Shown here: positions 10,896 through 23,469 of the stretch, piece by piece
How positions within the stretch are numbered: the first letter of the stretch is position 1
How the letters are laid out: each line of letters begins with the position of its first letter
From: Octopus sinensis
Lineage: Eukaryota
Reading direction: 5' to 3'
Assembly: GCF_006345805.1 (NCBI RefSeq)
Contig: NC_043012.1
Location: 10,974,001-11,038,000 of the forward strand
DNA: 64,000 nt
The notes under the pieces: generated by a model
The model's input: only the letters and a program-made list of their open reading frames with translations
The model's database searches: none
Told to the model about the DNA's origin: nothing
Program-made: the position numbers and the translations under genes

Positions 10896-12313
10896 CATGC
10901 ATGCAAGCATATGTATGTATGTATTCACATATGTATGTATGCACGTATATATGTATGCATGGCATGCATGTATATGTATGTGTTGTGTGTCTCTGTGTAT
11001 GCATGCATGCTTGTATGTATGTATGTATGTATGTAGGTAGATAGGTAGGTAGGTAGGTAGGTAGGTAGTTGGGTAGGTAGATAGTTGGGTAGGTAGGTAG
11101 GTAGGTAGGTAGGTAGGTAGGTAGGTAGGTAGGTAGGTAGGTTTGTAGGTAGGCAGGCAGGTTGTTGACCTCACACGTTTCTGTCACTCACAGAACCAAA
11201 ATCCCACCTAAAATAGACAGTGGTCATCTCTTGGGTACCAATCGGTCTCAAGACACGCGTCGCTACGATTTGAGAGATTGGAGATGAAACTCGCCAATCG
11301 GTGCTGGTTAAGCGAATGCAAAAGACTACCCGGTTCTTTATTGCACTGAATAGCAACTTATTCATATTTAACAGGAAAAAATATGTCAACAGAATTAAAG
11401 CCAGGTCGTGTCCAGGTCACGTTGGCAGTTTTGTATGCTCTGATCATACCAATAATGGTGAATTTTACGAAGTGTGGACCGGAGGTCAAGGTCACCAAAT
11501 CTAACAACTTGTTACCGTCCGGTATTGTCAGACCGGACGTTACATATAAGCACCAAGCCCAATTAGAATTTTAGTGTTTGGTGGGACGAGGTGTCTACTT
11601 GTAAAACGGAATAGTTTCGACATGCCAAAGCAGTTCTTAAAGAAGAACCTCTGGATGTGTGTCAGTCAAATGAAGTCTTTATACGAACGTTTCGCGCTAG
11701 AAGGAACTGGATTAGACAGATAAACAGGAAGCAGGCGAAGGGATTGGTAAAGAAGGACGTCTTCTTCCGGGATCAACTGCGCCTGATGAAACGCTGGGCA
11801 CACATACCCAACGGCGCCGTTGAAACCGTTTGAGCCATAGTCGACTTTTATGACTTCAGTTGGACGAGTTGATGGGAACTCCAGTCCTCGATGAAGCAGG
11901 TACAGCTAAGTTGAGGTGTTATCTCAGAGTATCAGCAAGTCTGCCTATTGTTGTATCGTATAAGTACTAAATATCGGTTTCGAATTTTGGCGTGAGGATG
12001 TAGGTTAAAAAATTTCGCGTGAGGATGTAGGTTAATTAAATCGGCCTCAGTATTCAACTGCTGCTCATTTTATCATCCTCAAAAGGAAAAATCGACTTCA
12101 GCAGAATTCGAACTCAGAACTTAAAGACAGACGAAATGCTGCAATGCATTTTGCTCGGCGTGGTAACGATTCTTGCCATCTCGGCCTCCTTATAAGCAAT
12201 AAATATGAAAAGGTGCTGTGATGCTACGTGCAATATCATCAACAGTTATAGTAAAAGGGGCGTAGGTGATTCTTCTGTCGAATGCCTATGGAAGTTGATA
12301 TAGTATCTTTTCT

Positions 12314-12820
12314 ACTGAAGGCACAAGGCCTTGAAATTTTGGGTGAGAGAACTAGCCGCTCAATTTATCGACCCCGAAAGGAGGAAAGGCAAAGTCGACC
12401 TCGGTGGAATCTGAACTCAGGACGTAGCGGCAGATGAAATACCTATTTCTTTACTACCCACAAGGGGCTAAACACAGAGGGGACAAACAAGGACAGACAA
12501 ACGGATTAAGTCGATTATATCGGCCCCAGTGTGTAACTGGTACTTATTTAATCGACCCCGAAAGGAAGAAAGGCAAAGTCGACCTCAGCGGAATTTGAAC
12601 TCAGAACGTAGCGGCAGATGAAATATATATTTATTTACTACCCACAAGGGGCTAAACACAGAGGGGACAAACAAGGACAGACAAACGGATTAAGTCGATT
12701 ATATCGGCCCAATGCGTAACTGGTACTTATTTAATCAACCCCGAATGGATGAAAGGCAAAGTCGACCTCAGCGGAATTTGAACTCAGAACGTAGCGGTAG
12801 ACGAAATACCGCTAAGCATA
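12314..12820 (-). mobile_element. SINE family C with internal 184-bp tandem units
   Basis: ttactacccacaagggg recurs at 12451 and 12635; B-box-like gagttcaaattcc on the minus strand. Confidence 0.85.
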
Positions 12821-13126
12821 TAATATTAATATCGGTGACTAGAAACATACTTAACGACCTAGAAGATAAATAGGCCAAATGTTGGGCGGACATGGTTTCG
12901 ACTAAAACAGATGTCTATACAAGAGGCCACGACAAGCATTCATCGTGCCAAGCTTGAAAAGTCGTGAGTTCGATAATCACCGTTGCGGTAGAGAGCCTTT
13001 GGATTTACTGCTAAGGACAGCTGGGGGTACTTTTTGGTTATCTCACCTCCATTAAAAAATGGGGTTATCTCTCCCCGTTTTATGAAAAATATCGGTACTT
13101 TTGATTATCTCCGTCAACTAAAAAGA

Positions 13127-13335
13127 GGATCTTTTCAATTGTGTGGCCAGGAGCCCAGATCTTTCTACTTAACTAAATAATTTGAAACTTCGTATGCTGG
13201 TACAGTGTTTCAAAACAAGACACAAGTTGGAACTAGTTTATTTGAGAAAAATCTATTTTATGACTTTAATCGTAGATTAAAACTGCGAAAAATTTGAAAA
13301 ATTTGAAAAAACTGGCCTCACAAATGAAAAGATCC
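13127..13335. mobile_element. 209-bp MITE with 24-bp TIRs and 8-bp TSD (Merlin-type signature)
   Basis: TIRs ggatcttttcaattgtgtggccag / ctggcctcacaaatgaaaagatcc (2 mismatches); exact TSD TAAAAAGA at 13119-13126 and 13336-13343; GG termini. Confidence 0.9.
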
Positions 13336-13367
13336 TAAAAAGAAATTGTTTAACCCTCAATTATATA

Positions 13368-13762
13368 GGCGCAGGAGTGGCTGTGTGGTAAGTAGGTTGC
13401 TTACCAACCACATGGTTCCGGGTTCAGTCCCCCTGCGTGGCACCTTGGGCAAGAGTCTTCCACTATAGCCTGGGGCCGACCAAAGCCTTGTGAATGGATT
13501 TGGTAGACGGAAACTGAAAGAAGCCCGTCGTATATATGTGTGTGTGTGTGTCTGTGTTTGTACACCCCCAACATCGCTTGACAACCGATGCTGGTGTGTT
13601 GACGTCCCCGTAACTTAGCGGTTCGGCAAAAGACTGACCACATGGTTCCGACCGATAATAAGTACTAGGCTTACAAAGAATAAATCCTGGGGTCGATTTG
13701 CTCCAGCATGGCCACAGTCACATGACTGAAACAAGTAAAAGAGTAAGGAGTAAAGAGTAAAA
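13368..13762 (+). mobile_element. SINE-A, full length
   Basis: As 4880. Confidence 0.85.
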
Positions 13763-14370
13763 ACATTGAATCAAAGCAATTCCCGTCGTCAACTCTGCAA
13801 AAAGGCAAAGCCTTCATACATTCCAATAATTCCATTGCTGATAGCTTTTTTTTTTAATATTTTCTTTTATATCTCATTCTATTTTCTGTATCCTTTTTAG
13901 CTATTTTGTTCTCAGTAAATCGTTGACTCGACCCACAAAATCATTTTGTTATTCCGGTGAGAAAAGAATGTCATCAGGTTTATTTTAAGCCATCGAACCA
14001 GTCGAGTGTGACGTCTTGTTGTTGGTCTCTCTCTCTCTCTGATTAAATATAATTAGAACGATTTGACAATTCCCTCCGTGCAATCATTGTGATTTTTATC
14101 AAGACACCACTATCCAGCTTTCGGGTGTCCTTAGCAAAGTACGCTTTCTCCTCGACTATCCGCACTTACGATCACAAAAAAAAAAAAAAGAAAAGAAATT
14201 TTAAAAAAACGATTTTCGCACGTTGGGCAGCTACGAGGCAGTATCTGGCAACACAGGTCTCCCTCAGACCCAGGCAACCACCGCTTGCCTCTGTCTCTCA
14301 CTCAGACGCTTTCAAACATCAATTGTTTGAATGAAAATAGTGTTGAAAAATATAAATCAAAAATCCTGTA

Positions 14371-15255
14371 GGCGCAGGAGTGGCTGTGTGGTAAGTAGCT
14401 TGCTTACGAACCACATGGTTCCGGCTTCAGTCCCACTGCGTGGCCCCTAGGGCAAGTGTCTTCTACTATAGCCCCGGGCCGACCAAAGCCTTGTGAGTGG
14501 ATTTGGTAGACGGAAACTGAAGGAAGCCCGTCGTATATATACATACATATATATGCGCAGGAGTGGCTGTGTGGTAAGTAGCTTGCTAACCAACCACATG
14601 GTTCCAGGTTCAGTCCCACTGCGTGGCACCTTGGGCAAGTGTCTTCTGCTATAGCCCCGGGCCGACCAAAGCCTTGTGAGTGGATTTGGTAGACGGAAAC
14701 TGAAGGAAGCCCGTCGTATATATACATACATATATATGCGCAGGAGTGGCTGTGTGGTAAGTAGCTTGCTAACCAACCACATGGTTCCAGGTTCAGTCCC
14801 ACTGCGTGGCACCTTGGGCAAGTGTCTTCTGCTATAGCCCCGGGCCGACCAATGCCTTGTGAGTGGATTTGGTAGACGGAAACTGAAAGAAGCCCGTCGT
14901 ATATATACATACATATATATGCGCAGGAGTGGCTGTGTGGTAAGTAGCTTGCTAACCAACCACATGGTTCCAGGTTCAGTCCCACTGCGTGGCACCTTGG
15001 GCAAGTGTCTTCTGCTATAGCCCCGGGCCGACCAATGCCTTGTGAGTGGATTTGGTAGACGGAAACTGAAAGAAGCCTGTCGTATATATGTATGTGTATG
15101 TGTTTGTCTCCCTAGCACTGCTTTAGCGGTTCGGCAAAAGAGACCGATAGAATAAGTATTGGGCTTACAAAAAGAATAAGTCCCGGGGTCGAGTTGCTCG
15201 ATTAAAGGCGGTGCTCCAGCATGGCCGCAGTCAAATGACTGAAACAAGTAAAAGA
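14371..15255 (+). repeat. SINE-A with four tandem 183-bp copies of its 5' half
   Basis: gcgcaggagtggc starts at 14372, 14555, 14738 and 14921; only the last unit continues into the 3' half. Confidence 0.95.
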
Positions 15256-15256
15256 G

Positions 15257-15292
<36 letters not shown>

Positions 15293-15586
15293 TGTATGTA
15301 TATATAATATATATATGAGTGTATATGCATGTGCGTATGCGTGCATGTGTGTTTGCATGTATACATGTATTACATGTATGTGTATATATGTATTTATGTA
15401 CATGCAAGTATGCCTAGGTATATGCATATTTATTGTTTCGTATTCATTTTTTTCAAGATAGAAACAGCTGTCATTCAATGACAGAACATTATGAAGGATA
15501 ACTTCATAAACACATCACAAACCAGTAAAATCACATTCTATTGTACAATAATATATATGCATATATGATATATGATATATGATATC

Positions 15587-16312
15587 AAGGCAGAAGCGTT
15601 AGCACGCCGGGCGAAATGCTTAGCAGTATTTCGTCTGCCGTTACGTTCTGAGTTCAAATTCCGCCGAGGTCGACTTTGCCTTTCATCCTTCCGGTGTCGA
15701 TTAAATAAGTACCAGTTACGCCCTGGAGTCGGTATAATCGACTTAATCCCTTTGTCTGTCCTTATTTGTCCCCTCTATGTTTAGCCCCTTGTGAGCAATA
15801 AAGAAATAGGTATTTCGTCTGTCTCTATGTTCTGAGCTCAAATTCTACCGAGGTGACTTTCGGGGTCGATAAATAAAGTACCAGTTGCGCACTGGGGTCG
15901 ATATAATCGACTTAATCCCTTTGTCTGCCCTTGTTTGTCCCCTCTATGTTTAGCCCCTTGTGAGCAATAAAGAAATAGGTATTTCGTCTGCTGTTATGTT
16001 CTGAGCTCAAATTCTACCGAGGTCGACTTTGCTTTTCACCCTTTCGGGGTCGATAAATAAAGTACCAGTTACGCACTGGGGTCGATATAATCGACTTAAT
16101 CCCTTTGTCTGCCCTTGTTTGTCCCCTCTATGTTTAGCCCCTTGTGAGCAATAAAGAAATAGGTATTTCGTCTGCTGTTATGTTCTGAGCTCAAATTCTA
16201 CCGAGGTCGACTTTGCCTTTCACCCTTTCGGGGTCGATAAATTAAGGACCAGTTTCGTACTGAGGTCGATCTAATTGACTAGCTCCCTCCCCCCAAATTT
16301 CGGGCCTTGAGT
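15587..16312 (+). mobile_element. SINE family C with about 4 tandem internal units
   Basis: gtgagcaataaagaaatagg recurs at 15791, 15960 and 16144 (169 and 184 bp periods). Confidence 0.88.
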
Positions 16313-16859
16313 AGTAAAGAACATATATTCATGTTTGTGAGGGTGTAAAGAAATTAAACAATGTCTTTATTATGCAAATCTTTTCTACTTCATTTTTCCT
16401 TGATCTATTTAATGGAGGTTTTATTTTTATAATGTTAATGTATTTGTTTTACTGTGAACACCTTTCTCAAGGTTACAAAGCAACAAAACGTTCTTTTGAA
16501 TGAATGCCTAAGAACTTACAGATATGGTTATAGAAATATGAACAATAGAAATAGAGATTCTAGGCAACAGGTTCTTTGTCAGTTCGTGGGATTCTTATTC
16601 TTCATCTTCTCTCTGTCTCTTCCTTTCTCTCTCTCCCTCTCTTCCTCTTTGTCTCTCTTCTCTATCTCTCTCTTCCTTTCTTTCTCTTTTTCTCTGTCTT
16701 CAAGACTTTCTTTGAAATGTTTCCATAAGAAGCTTATTTTACATTTCACCAACATCCGCACATTCGTCATGCTCTACCTTCCTCCCCCACCTTTTTTTTC
16801 GTTTCATTTTAAATTATTTCTGTTCGCAAAAACTAATAATATATTGTAATTTCTAAAAG

Positions 16860-17100
16860 TTGTGGGAGGTAATTCTGTGTGCTTTAACAAAAATTAATTT
16901 GATAAAAACCAAGAAAAAAAGAACATTTTATATTGGTAAGATCGGACACAATTTTGAATGCCATCAGCTCCATCTATGGGAAAAGAAAACATCACAAACT
17001 TACCCGGTTACCTATGATAAAGGAAAAAAACAATGCATTACTCATATCAACACCAACTGGTCAATAATCGAACACAGCCGTCCTTAGAAAAATTTAACGT
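16860..17100 (+). mobile_element. Penelope-like GIY-YIG endonuclease remnant
   Basis: VILCALTK...KRTFYIGKIGHNF...INTNWSIIEH resembles PLE VIY...YIG...KWSII. Confidence 0.55.
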
Positions 17101-17884
17101 TGTAATGTCAGCTATGCACAGCAGAAAAATACCATATAATAACGATATAAACCGATTCTTTAAATAAAAGTTTGACATACCACGGCTGACAAATATTGTC
17201 ATAAAATCAAATCCTTCCTGACAGCAAAATGGAGCTGAATTAATCTATCAATTTTAATCAATAGAATTGAACAAAAGTTGACCTCGTCACTTCAAGCAGC
17301 AATAAAATTTGTTGAGATTGAAGACATTTCTGCATCATCCTATCCAACAATTGCCCCCCCCCCCTGCAATTAATTAAACAATAATCCATTCATTAATTGG
17401 CTTAGTGGCTTCAGCTATCTGGTTGTTGCCTTGTTGGGACATACCTATGATATCTACTTCAATCTTTCGCTCAGTATTTAATGAATGGGGTGCAGGTGGT
17501 GAGGGTTCAATACTTGCTGCCATCATTTATGTCTCATGCTGTGATGTTGTTGATTCCGTGATTGCGGGCAGCAGGATATCTAAATCCCTTTTTGAAAGTG
17601 ATAACCATTTCCTCCGTGTATATCCGTTATATCTTGAAACAGAACACCGAAAATCTGTGGCTCTTTGAAAGCCAGGCTGCTGGAGAATCTTGTACTCATT
17701 CAAAAGGAAAAGAACTTTTGAAATTATGCAATAATGCCCAGTTCGGAAGTTCCATAGTTTTCAACGCCAAAACTTGGCATCGATCCATTTACAAGAACTT
17801 TTTAGATAAACATCACCAGAATTCCGAGGAATATAAGTCCAAAACTTCCAACTTCTCCAAATAGATCATACATATACATACACG

Positions 17885-17964
<80 letters not shown>

Positions 17965-18055
17965 TCATCATCATCAACATCGTCATTTAACATACATTTT
18001 CCATGCTGACATGGGTTGGATGGTTTCTATAGTTAGATGCCCTTTCTAACGTCAA

Positions 18056-18520
18056 ACTGGCTTTGTGCAGCTCCCGGCCAACAGTTTTTGTGGAAACTGG
18101 GTTCTCGAGGTGGTCATTTAGCTCTGCAGTAATTTTGGGAGCTGTACTTTTGTGATCCTTTCTAACAATTTCCGTAAGAGTCCGAAGGTCCCTATCTGAA
18201 GGTTCCGGTTTTCTTCTGGAGTTTTGACGAGGAGGTTTTTCCCTCTTTCTCAAAGGCTATCATTACTTTCAAGACACTACTTCTTGATACACCAAACATT
18301 TCGGCTGCTTTCGTTACGCTAGCACCTGCCATACGAGCACCAACAATTTGACCCCTTTGAAAGTCCGATAGATGTCATTTTAATGAATTTTGATTACCTT
18401 TTTCTTACGATATCGGAAAAGAAACAGCAATTTTAGCAAAACACATTAAGCAACACTAATAATAAATCAAAAAACAAAAATAAACAAGCTTTTGACGGTT
18501 TTATAGATATTTCAAAATTA
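18056..18520 (-). mobile_element. Tc1-family transposase N-terminal remnant (frameshifted, truncated)
   Basis: ATG at 18378; LSDFQRGQIVGARMAGASVTKAAEMFGVSR...SDRDLRTLTEIVRKDHKSTAPKITAELNDHLENPVSTKTVGRELHKA (paired HTH domain). Confidence 0.9.
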
Positions 18521-18563
18521 TGATTTTCTCCGACATTCTATCAATTCTGCCAGCTCACCTCCT

Positions 18564-18871
18564 TAATAATAATAATAATGATAATGATAATATAATAATA
18601 ATATAATAATAATAATAATAATAATAATGATGCTAATAATAATAATATAATAATAAATAATAATAATAATAATAATAATAATGATAATAATATAATAATA
18701 ATAATAATGATGCTAATAATAATGATAATAATAATAATAATAATAATATAATATTAATAATAATAATGATGCTGATAATAATAATAATAATAATAATAAT
18801 GATAATAATATAATAATATATAATAATAATAATGATGCTATAATAATAATAATAAAATAATAATAATAATG

Positions 18872-18911
<40 letters not shown>

Positions 18912-18914
18912 TGC

Positions 18915-18987
<73 letters not shown>

Positions 18988-19014
18988 TATAATAATAATA
19001 ATAATATAATAATA

Positions 19015-19046
<32 letters not shown>

Positions 19047-19121
19047 GCAACAAACGCAACAATGCTTTCTTTATTAATCACAAAAGTTGACCAAAACGAC
19101 TGGGGACAAATAAAGAGTACG

Positions 19122-19199
<78 letters not shown>

Positions 19200-19212
19200 T
19201 GCTAATAATAAA
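18564..19212. repeat. Long (AAT)n tract with recurring GATGCT interruptions
   Basis: Directly visible; interrupted by about 95 bp of unique sequence near 19025-19120. Confidence 0.95.
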
Positions 19213-19381
19213 CTGAGTGACGGTGTTTTAATCAGTTGTTAAAACTCTCTCTTTTCACAAATCCTTCTTTCTGATTTGGTGGCCCTGAACATGCAGAATC
19301 TATAATACAACATTGCTTAAAACGTCGTTAGTGAAAAAACCTGTCAGACAACTCGCTTTTAGACGATCCCACCTATCTCTC

Positions 19382-19426
<45 letters not shown>

Positions 19427-19427
19427 G

Positions 19428-19467
<40 letters not shown>

Positions 19468-19519
19468 CATCTCTTCAAAAGAAACTCATTGCCTAGGATT
19501 TACTTGCTTTTTTCATTGT

Positions 19520-19533
19520 TGTCCTTGATATAG

Positions 19534-19569
<36 letters not shown>

Positions 19570-19640
19570 TCATCATCATCATCATCGTTTAACGTCCGAT
19601 GATGATGATGATATATATATATAAAGCTATATCAAGGACA
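19520..19640. repeat. Short fold-back around an RTE-tail stub
   Basis: tgtccttgatatagcttt(at)n(cat)n ... (gat)n(at)n aaagctatatcaaggaca. Confidence 0.85.
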
Positions 19641-19787
19641 TCTATATATATCTATATCTATATATATCTATATCTATATATATATCTATATATATATATA
19701 ATATATGTATGTGTTTATGTATAAATGGATACATGCACAGACATCCATACCTATATATATATATGTGTGTGTATGTGCTGCATGTGC

Positions 19788-19821
<34 letters not shown>

Positions 19822-20009
19822 TGCCTCACCTGCCAATTAGTGCAAATATATGCACATGCGAGCCTAAATACGTTAGTGTGCATGTGTGTGTGTGTGAGTG
19901 TTATTGTTGTTGATGGTTTTCTAATTCCAGATGGGTGCGTAAGATAATTAAGGACAAATTTAATGTTTATAAAAAAATAGATATATAATAACAAATAATA
20001 ACTTTATTT

Positions 20010-20160
20010 ATCAAAAAATCAAGTGGTCCTGGTTCATTTTGGACATTACTCTGACTATGGCAGCTTTCAAAGAAACTTTGGTGCTATGGGCGTGTTCATT
20101 GACCCCACTCTCAACAATGCTCCATATGTAATAAGTCCAATGGATTGAGATCTGGGGAAT
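20010..20160 (-). mobile_element. Mariner/maT-like transposase C-terminal remnant
   Basis: With one frameshift reads PDLNPLDYYIWSIVE...HSTKVSLKAAIVRVMSKMNQDHLI. Confidence 0.7.
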
Positions 20161-20206
20161 TATCCTTGTTGCTTATTTTGATTATTTATATATATATATA
20201 TATATA

Positions 20207-20470
20207 CCGACTGGCTTCCGTGCCGGTGGCACGTAAAATGCACCAATCCGACAGTGGCCGATGCCAGCCTCGCCTGGCACCAGTGCAGGTGGCACGTAAA
20301 TAGCACCCACTACACTCACGGAGTGGTTGGCATTAGGAAGGGCATCCAGCTGTAGAAATATTGCCAGATAAGACCGGAGCCTGGTGCAGCCTTCTGGCTT
20401 CCCAGATCCCCGGTCGAACCGTCCAACCCATGCTAGCATGGAGAACAGACGTTAAACGATGATGATGATA
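20207..20470 (+). mobile_element. RTE-type 3'-tail fragment ending in (GAT)n
   Basis: gtggcacgtaaa repeats...ggcattaggaagggcatccagctg...gttaaacgatgatgat, shared with many copies in the window. Confidence 0.8.
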
Positions 20471-20477
20471 TATATAT

Positions 20478-21112
20478 GCTCCACTGGATGTGCAGTGTCG
20501 GTGTACATATACAACAGTGTGTTAGTGTATCAAGAAAAAAGTTAGGCGTTAGATGAATTACATGTAGTGTGCAAGAGAGAAGGCTGTGCTGGTTTGGTCG
20601 TGTGATGCAGATGGATGTAGACAGCAACATCAACAAGTGCTGGTCACATAAAATGGATGAAACTAGTGGTAGCAGGAGACTTAGGAAGATATGGGACAAA
20701 GAGCTGAAGGCCAATCTCAAGACATGAAGGAGATGACAAAGGAGTGAGACATCTAGCACCTTGCTGTACTCAAAATGACCAGCCCACTGAAGCACAATTA
20801 TTAATGCTCCTGTCCCTGCTGAAAAGGCTTGAAGTACTCTCATGCCAGTCTGCGTAAAAAGCACCTGAGATGGTTCGATTAAAATGCACTGTGTCAGTCC
20901 ATGTAAAAATGGCACCTGTGCTGGTGCCACATAAAAAATACCCAGATAGACATTCTGTAAAGTGGTTGGCTTTAAGAAGGCATCCAGCCATAGCAAACCA
21001 TGCCAAAGCAGACAATTGCAGCCTGGTACGGCTCTCTGGTTTGCCAGCTCCTGTCAGGCTGTCTGACCTATGCCAGCATGGAAAATGGACGTTAAATGAT
21101 GATGATGATGAT
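20478..21112 (+). mobile_element. 5'-truncated RTE LINE (RT C-terminus plus 3' UTR)
   Basis: Degraded LHWMCSV...VQERRLCWFGRVMQMD...RKIWDKELKANLK followed by the (GAT)n-tailed UTR. Confidence 0.8.
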
Positions 21113-21147
21113 GTATAAATATATGTATGAATGTGTGTGTGTGTAGA

Positions 21148-21218
21148 CAGATAGATAGATAGAGAGAGAGAGAGGTAGATAGATAGATAGATAGATACAT
21201 AGATAGATAGATAGATAC

Positions 21219-21251
<33 letters not shown>

Positions 21252-21409
21252 CAGGACAGATAGGCAGGACAGACAGACAGACAGATAGATAGATAGACAA
21301 CAGATAGAGAGACAGACAGACAGATAGATAGATAGATAGCTAAACTAACAGATAGATAGGTAGACAGATAGAGAGAGAGACAGACAGATGCATGCATAGA
21401 CAGACAGAC

Positions 21410-21481
<72 letters not shown>

Positions 21482-21650
21482 CGATAGACAGATAGATAGA
21501 TAGATAGATAGATCGATAGATAGATAGATAGACAGATAGACTAACAGATAGATAGAGAGACAGACAGACAACAGACAGACAGACAGACAGACAAACAGAA
21601 TGATAGACGGATGGATGGACAGACAGACAGACAGATAGATAGATAGATAA
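21148..21650. repeat. (GATA)n/(GACA)n compound microsatellite
   Basis: Directly visible. Confidence 0.95.
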
Positions 21651-23216
21651 ATGCACACAGACTGACAGAGATGGAGGGAAATGTAAATGTTTTTATTTAA
21701 TGTTGTACTTTATTCTTTCTTTTAGCATTAATGCAAACATGGTTGTTGTTGTTGTTGTTGTTTGTTTGATTGTTTGTTTAACCGCAGGGGAGAAGCGCTT
21801 GAGAAGGCCTAATATGGTAAGTAATTCAGCCGAGACCACAATAGTGCCATGAGAGAGGGCTGAAGAAAAAGCCAGTTGCCTCCTCTGAACAAAAGAACAG
21901 AGAGGGCAATAACCTGTCATTTCTTCTTATAAGTATGGTGGGCACAATGTGTGGTTTCTTCCTGATTTTGGGCCCTGATGACCAAGAATCCCTTCTGCAA
22001 AACACCACACTCTTAATTTGTCCCTTTTCTAAAATAAGGTGTAATTTGAGGGAGATTTAGCTATTATGTGTCTGTTAGTATATATGTTGGTTCGTGTGTG
22101 TGTGTGTGTGTGCGTGTCTGCAAGTTAATCCATGTGTATGAATCAATTAGAGAATGTGTATCTGACAGGGTGGGTGTATATTTGTGTGCATGTGTGTTTG
22201 TGTGAGTGTATGCGTTTGTGTGAGTGTGCTTGCCAGTATGTGTATTTGTGTGTGTGAGAGAGAATTAGTGTACGTGTGAATGTGTGAAACTATAAACATG
22301 TCTCTTAGTGTATAGTAATGAGCATGCATGTGTGTATGTATGTCAGTTCACATTCTTTTATGTGTGCGTGTGTGTGTGTCTCTCAATGCATGTGTATACA
22401 TGTCCCTGCCCATGCATGTGTGCATCTAGCAAGTAGTAACACTCTGTCAGTGCGTGAGTGAGTGTGAGTGTGTGTGTCTATGGCCTACTTCTTCCTTCCT
22501 TTAAATAAAAGGTTAATAACCAACTTTGTGCTAATTTAAAATAAAATGAAAAACAAACTAGAATTCCTCATGTTGAGATTGTGTTGATGCTTGGAAGAGG
22601 AAAGATTGAAATGAATCTTCCAACTTCAGTTTATCACTGGTCTTGGTTTTATAGTCTCGGAAGAAGATGAAGGAATCACCATTCCAATAAACTTTGAACA
22701 AGGGTGGAAAGAAAAAAAAGGGGGTAAATATCCCCTTCAGTCAAGTATGACCATGGGATTGCACCACGGGGTTGTGCTCCTCTGAAGTACAAGTCTGGGT
22801 AAGGTTATTTATGGAAGACCAGCATTCACCCATGCATGCCAGCCTCCATGCCACCAATGTTATCCAAAGGAAAGGCAAAGGGGCCGATACAGCTTGGCAC
22901 CAGCGACGTTGCAACACATTTCTACAGCTGAGTGAACGAGAGTAACATGAAATGAAGTGACTTGTTCAAGAACACAACACACAGCCCAGCCTGGGAATTG
23001 AACCCACTACCTCGTGATTGTGAGCCCAATGCTCTAATTACTGAGCCATGCACCTCCACTTTGAACAAGAATGGAAGAAAACATGGCAAGATCTCAAAAT
23101 GCTGAGCCTTACAAGCGATATAAATGAAAACAGAGATATGTGGTGCATTGTTGTACTCAAGAGGACCTGCCCACTGCAACAGAATTGAAATCCTAAAGAC
23201 CATCGTACCATGTTAA

Positions 23217-23456
23217 CCCTTTCGTCACCAACCTGGCTGAAACCGGCTCTGGCTCTGAGTACAAATGAGTACAATTGAGTACAAATGTCTTGTTTACATC
23301 AGTTTTGAATTAAAATCTTGCACCAAACCATAGTCACAATTTATGTTCCTAACACTAGTTTAATGATAACTAAGTTATTTTACTAAATTCTTTGTTATAT
23401 TCTAAGTAATTGAAAGAAACACAGAGCATCTCAAAATAAATACAGTAACGAAAGGG
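23217..23456. mobile_element. piggyBac-type MITE, 240 bp
   Basis: TTAA|ccctttcgtcacc ... gtaacgaaaggg|TTAA. Confidence 0.85.
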
Positions 23457-23469
23457 TTAAGAGCATTAA

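Noticed and set aside
14404-15478. 193-aa and 343-aa ORFs with internal repeats
   Set aside because: Antisense read-through of the tandem SINE-A array.
22620-22730. Exon-like SEEDEGITIPINFEQGW after tttttatag
   Set aside because: Matches the pattern of a decayed SINE-C core (ttttatcgaccccgaaaggatgaaagg).
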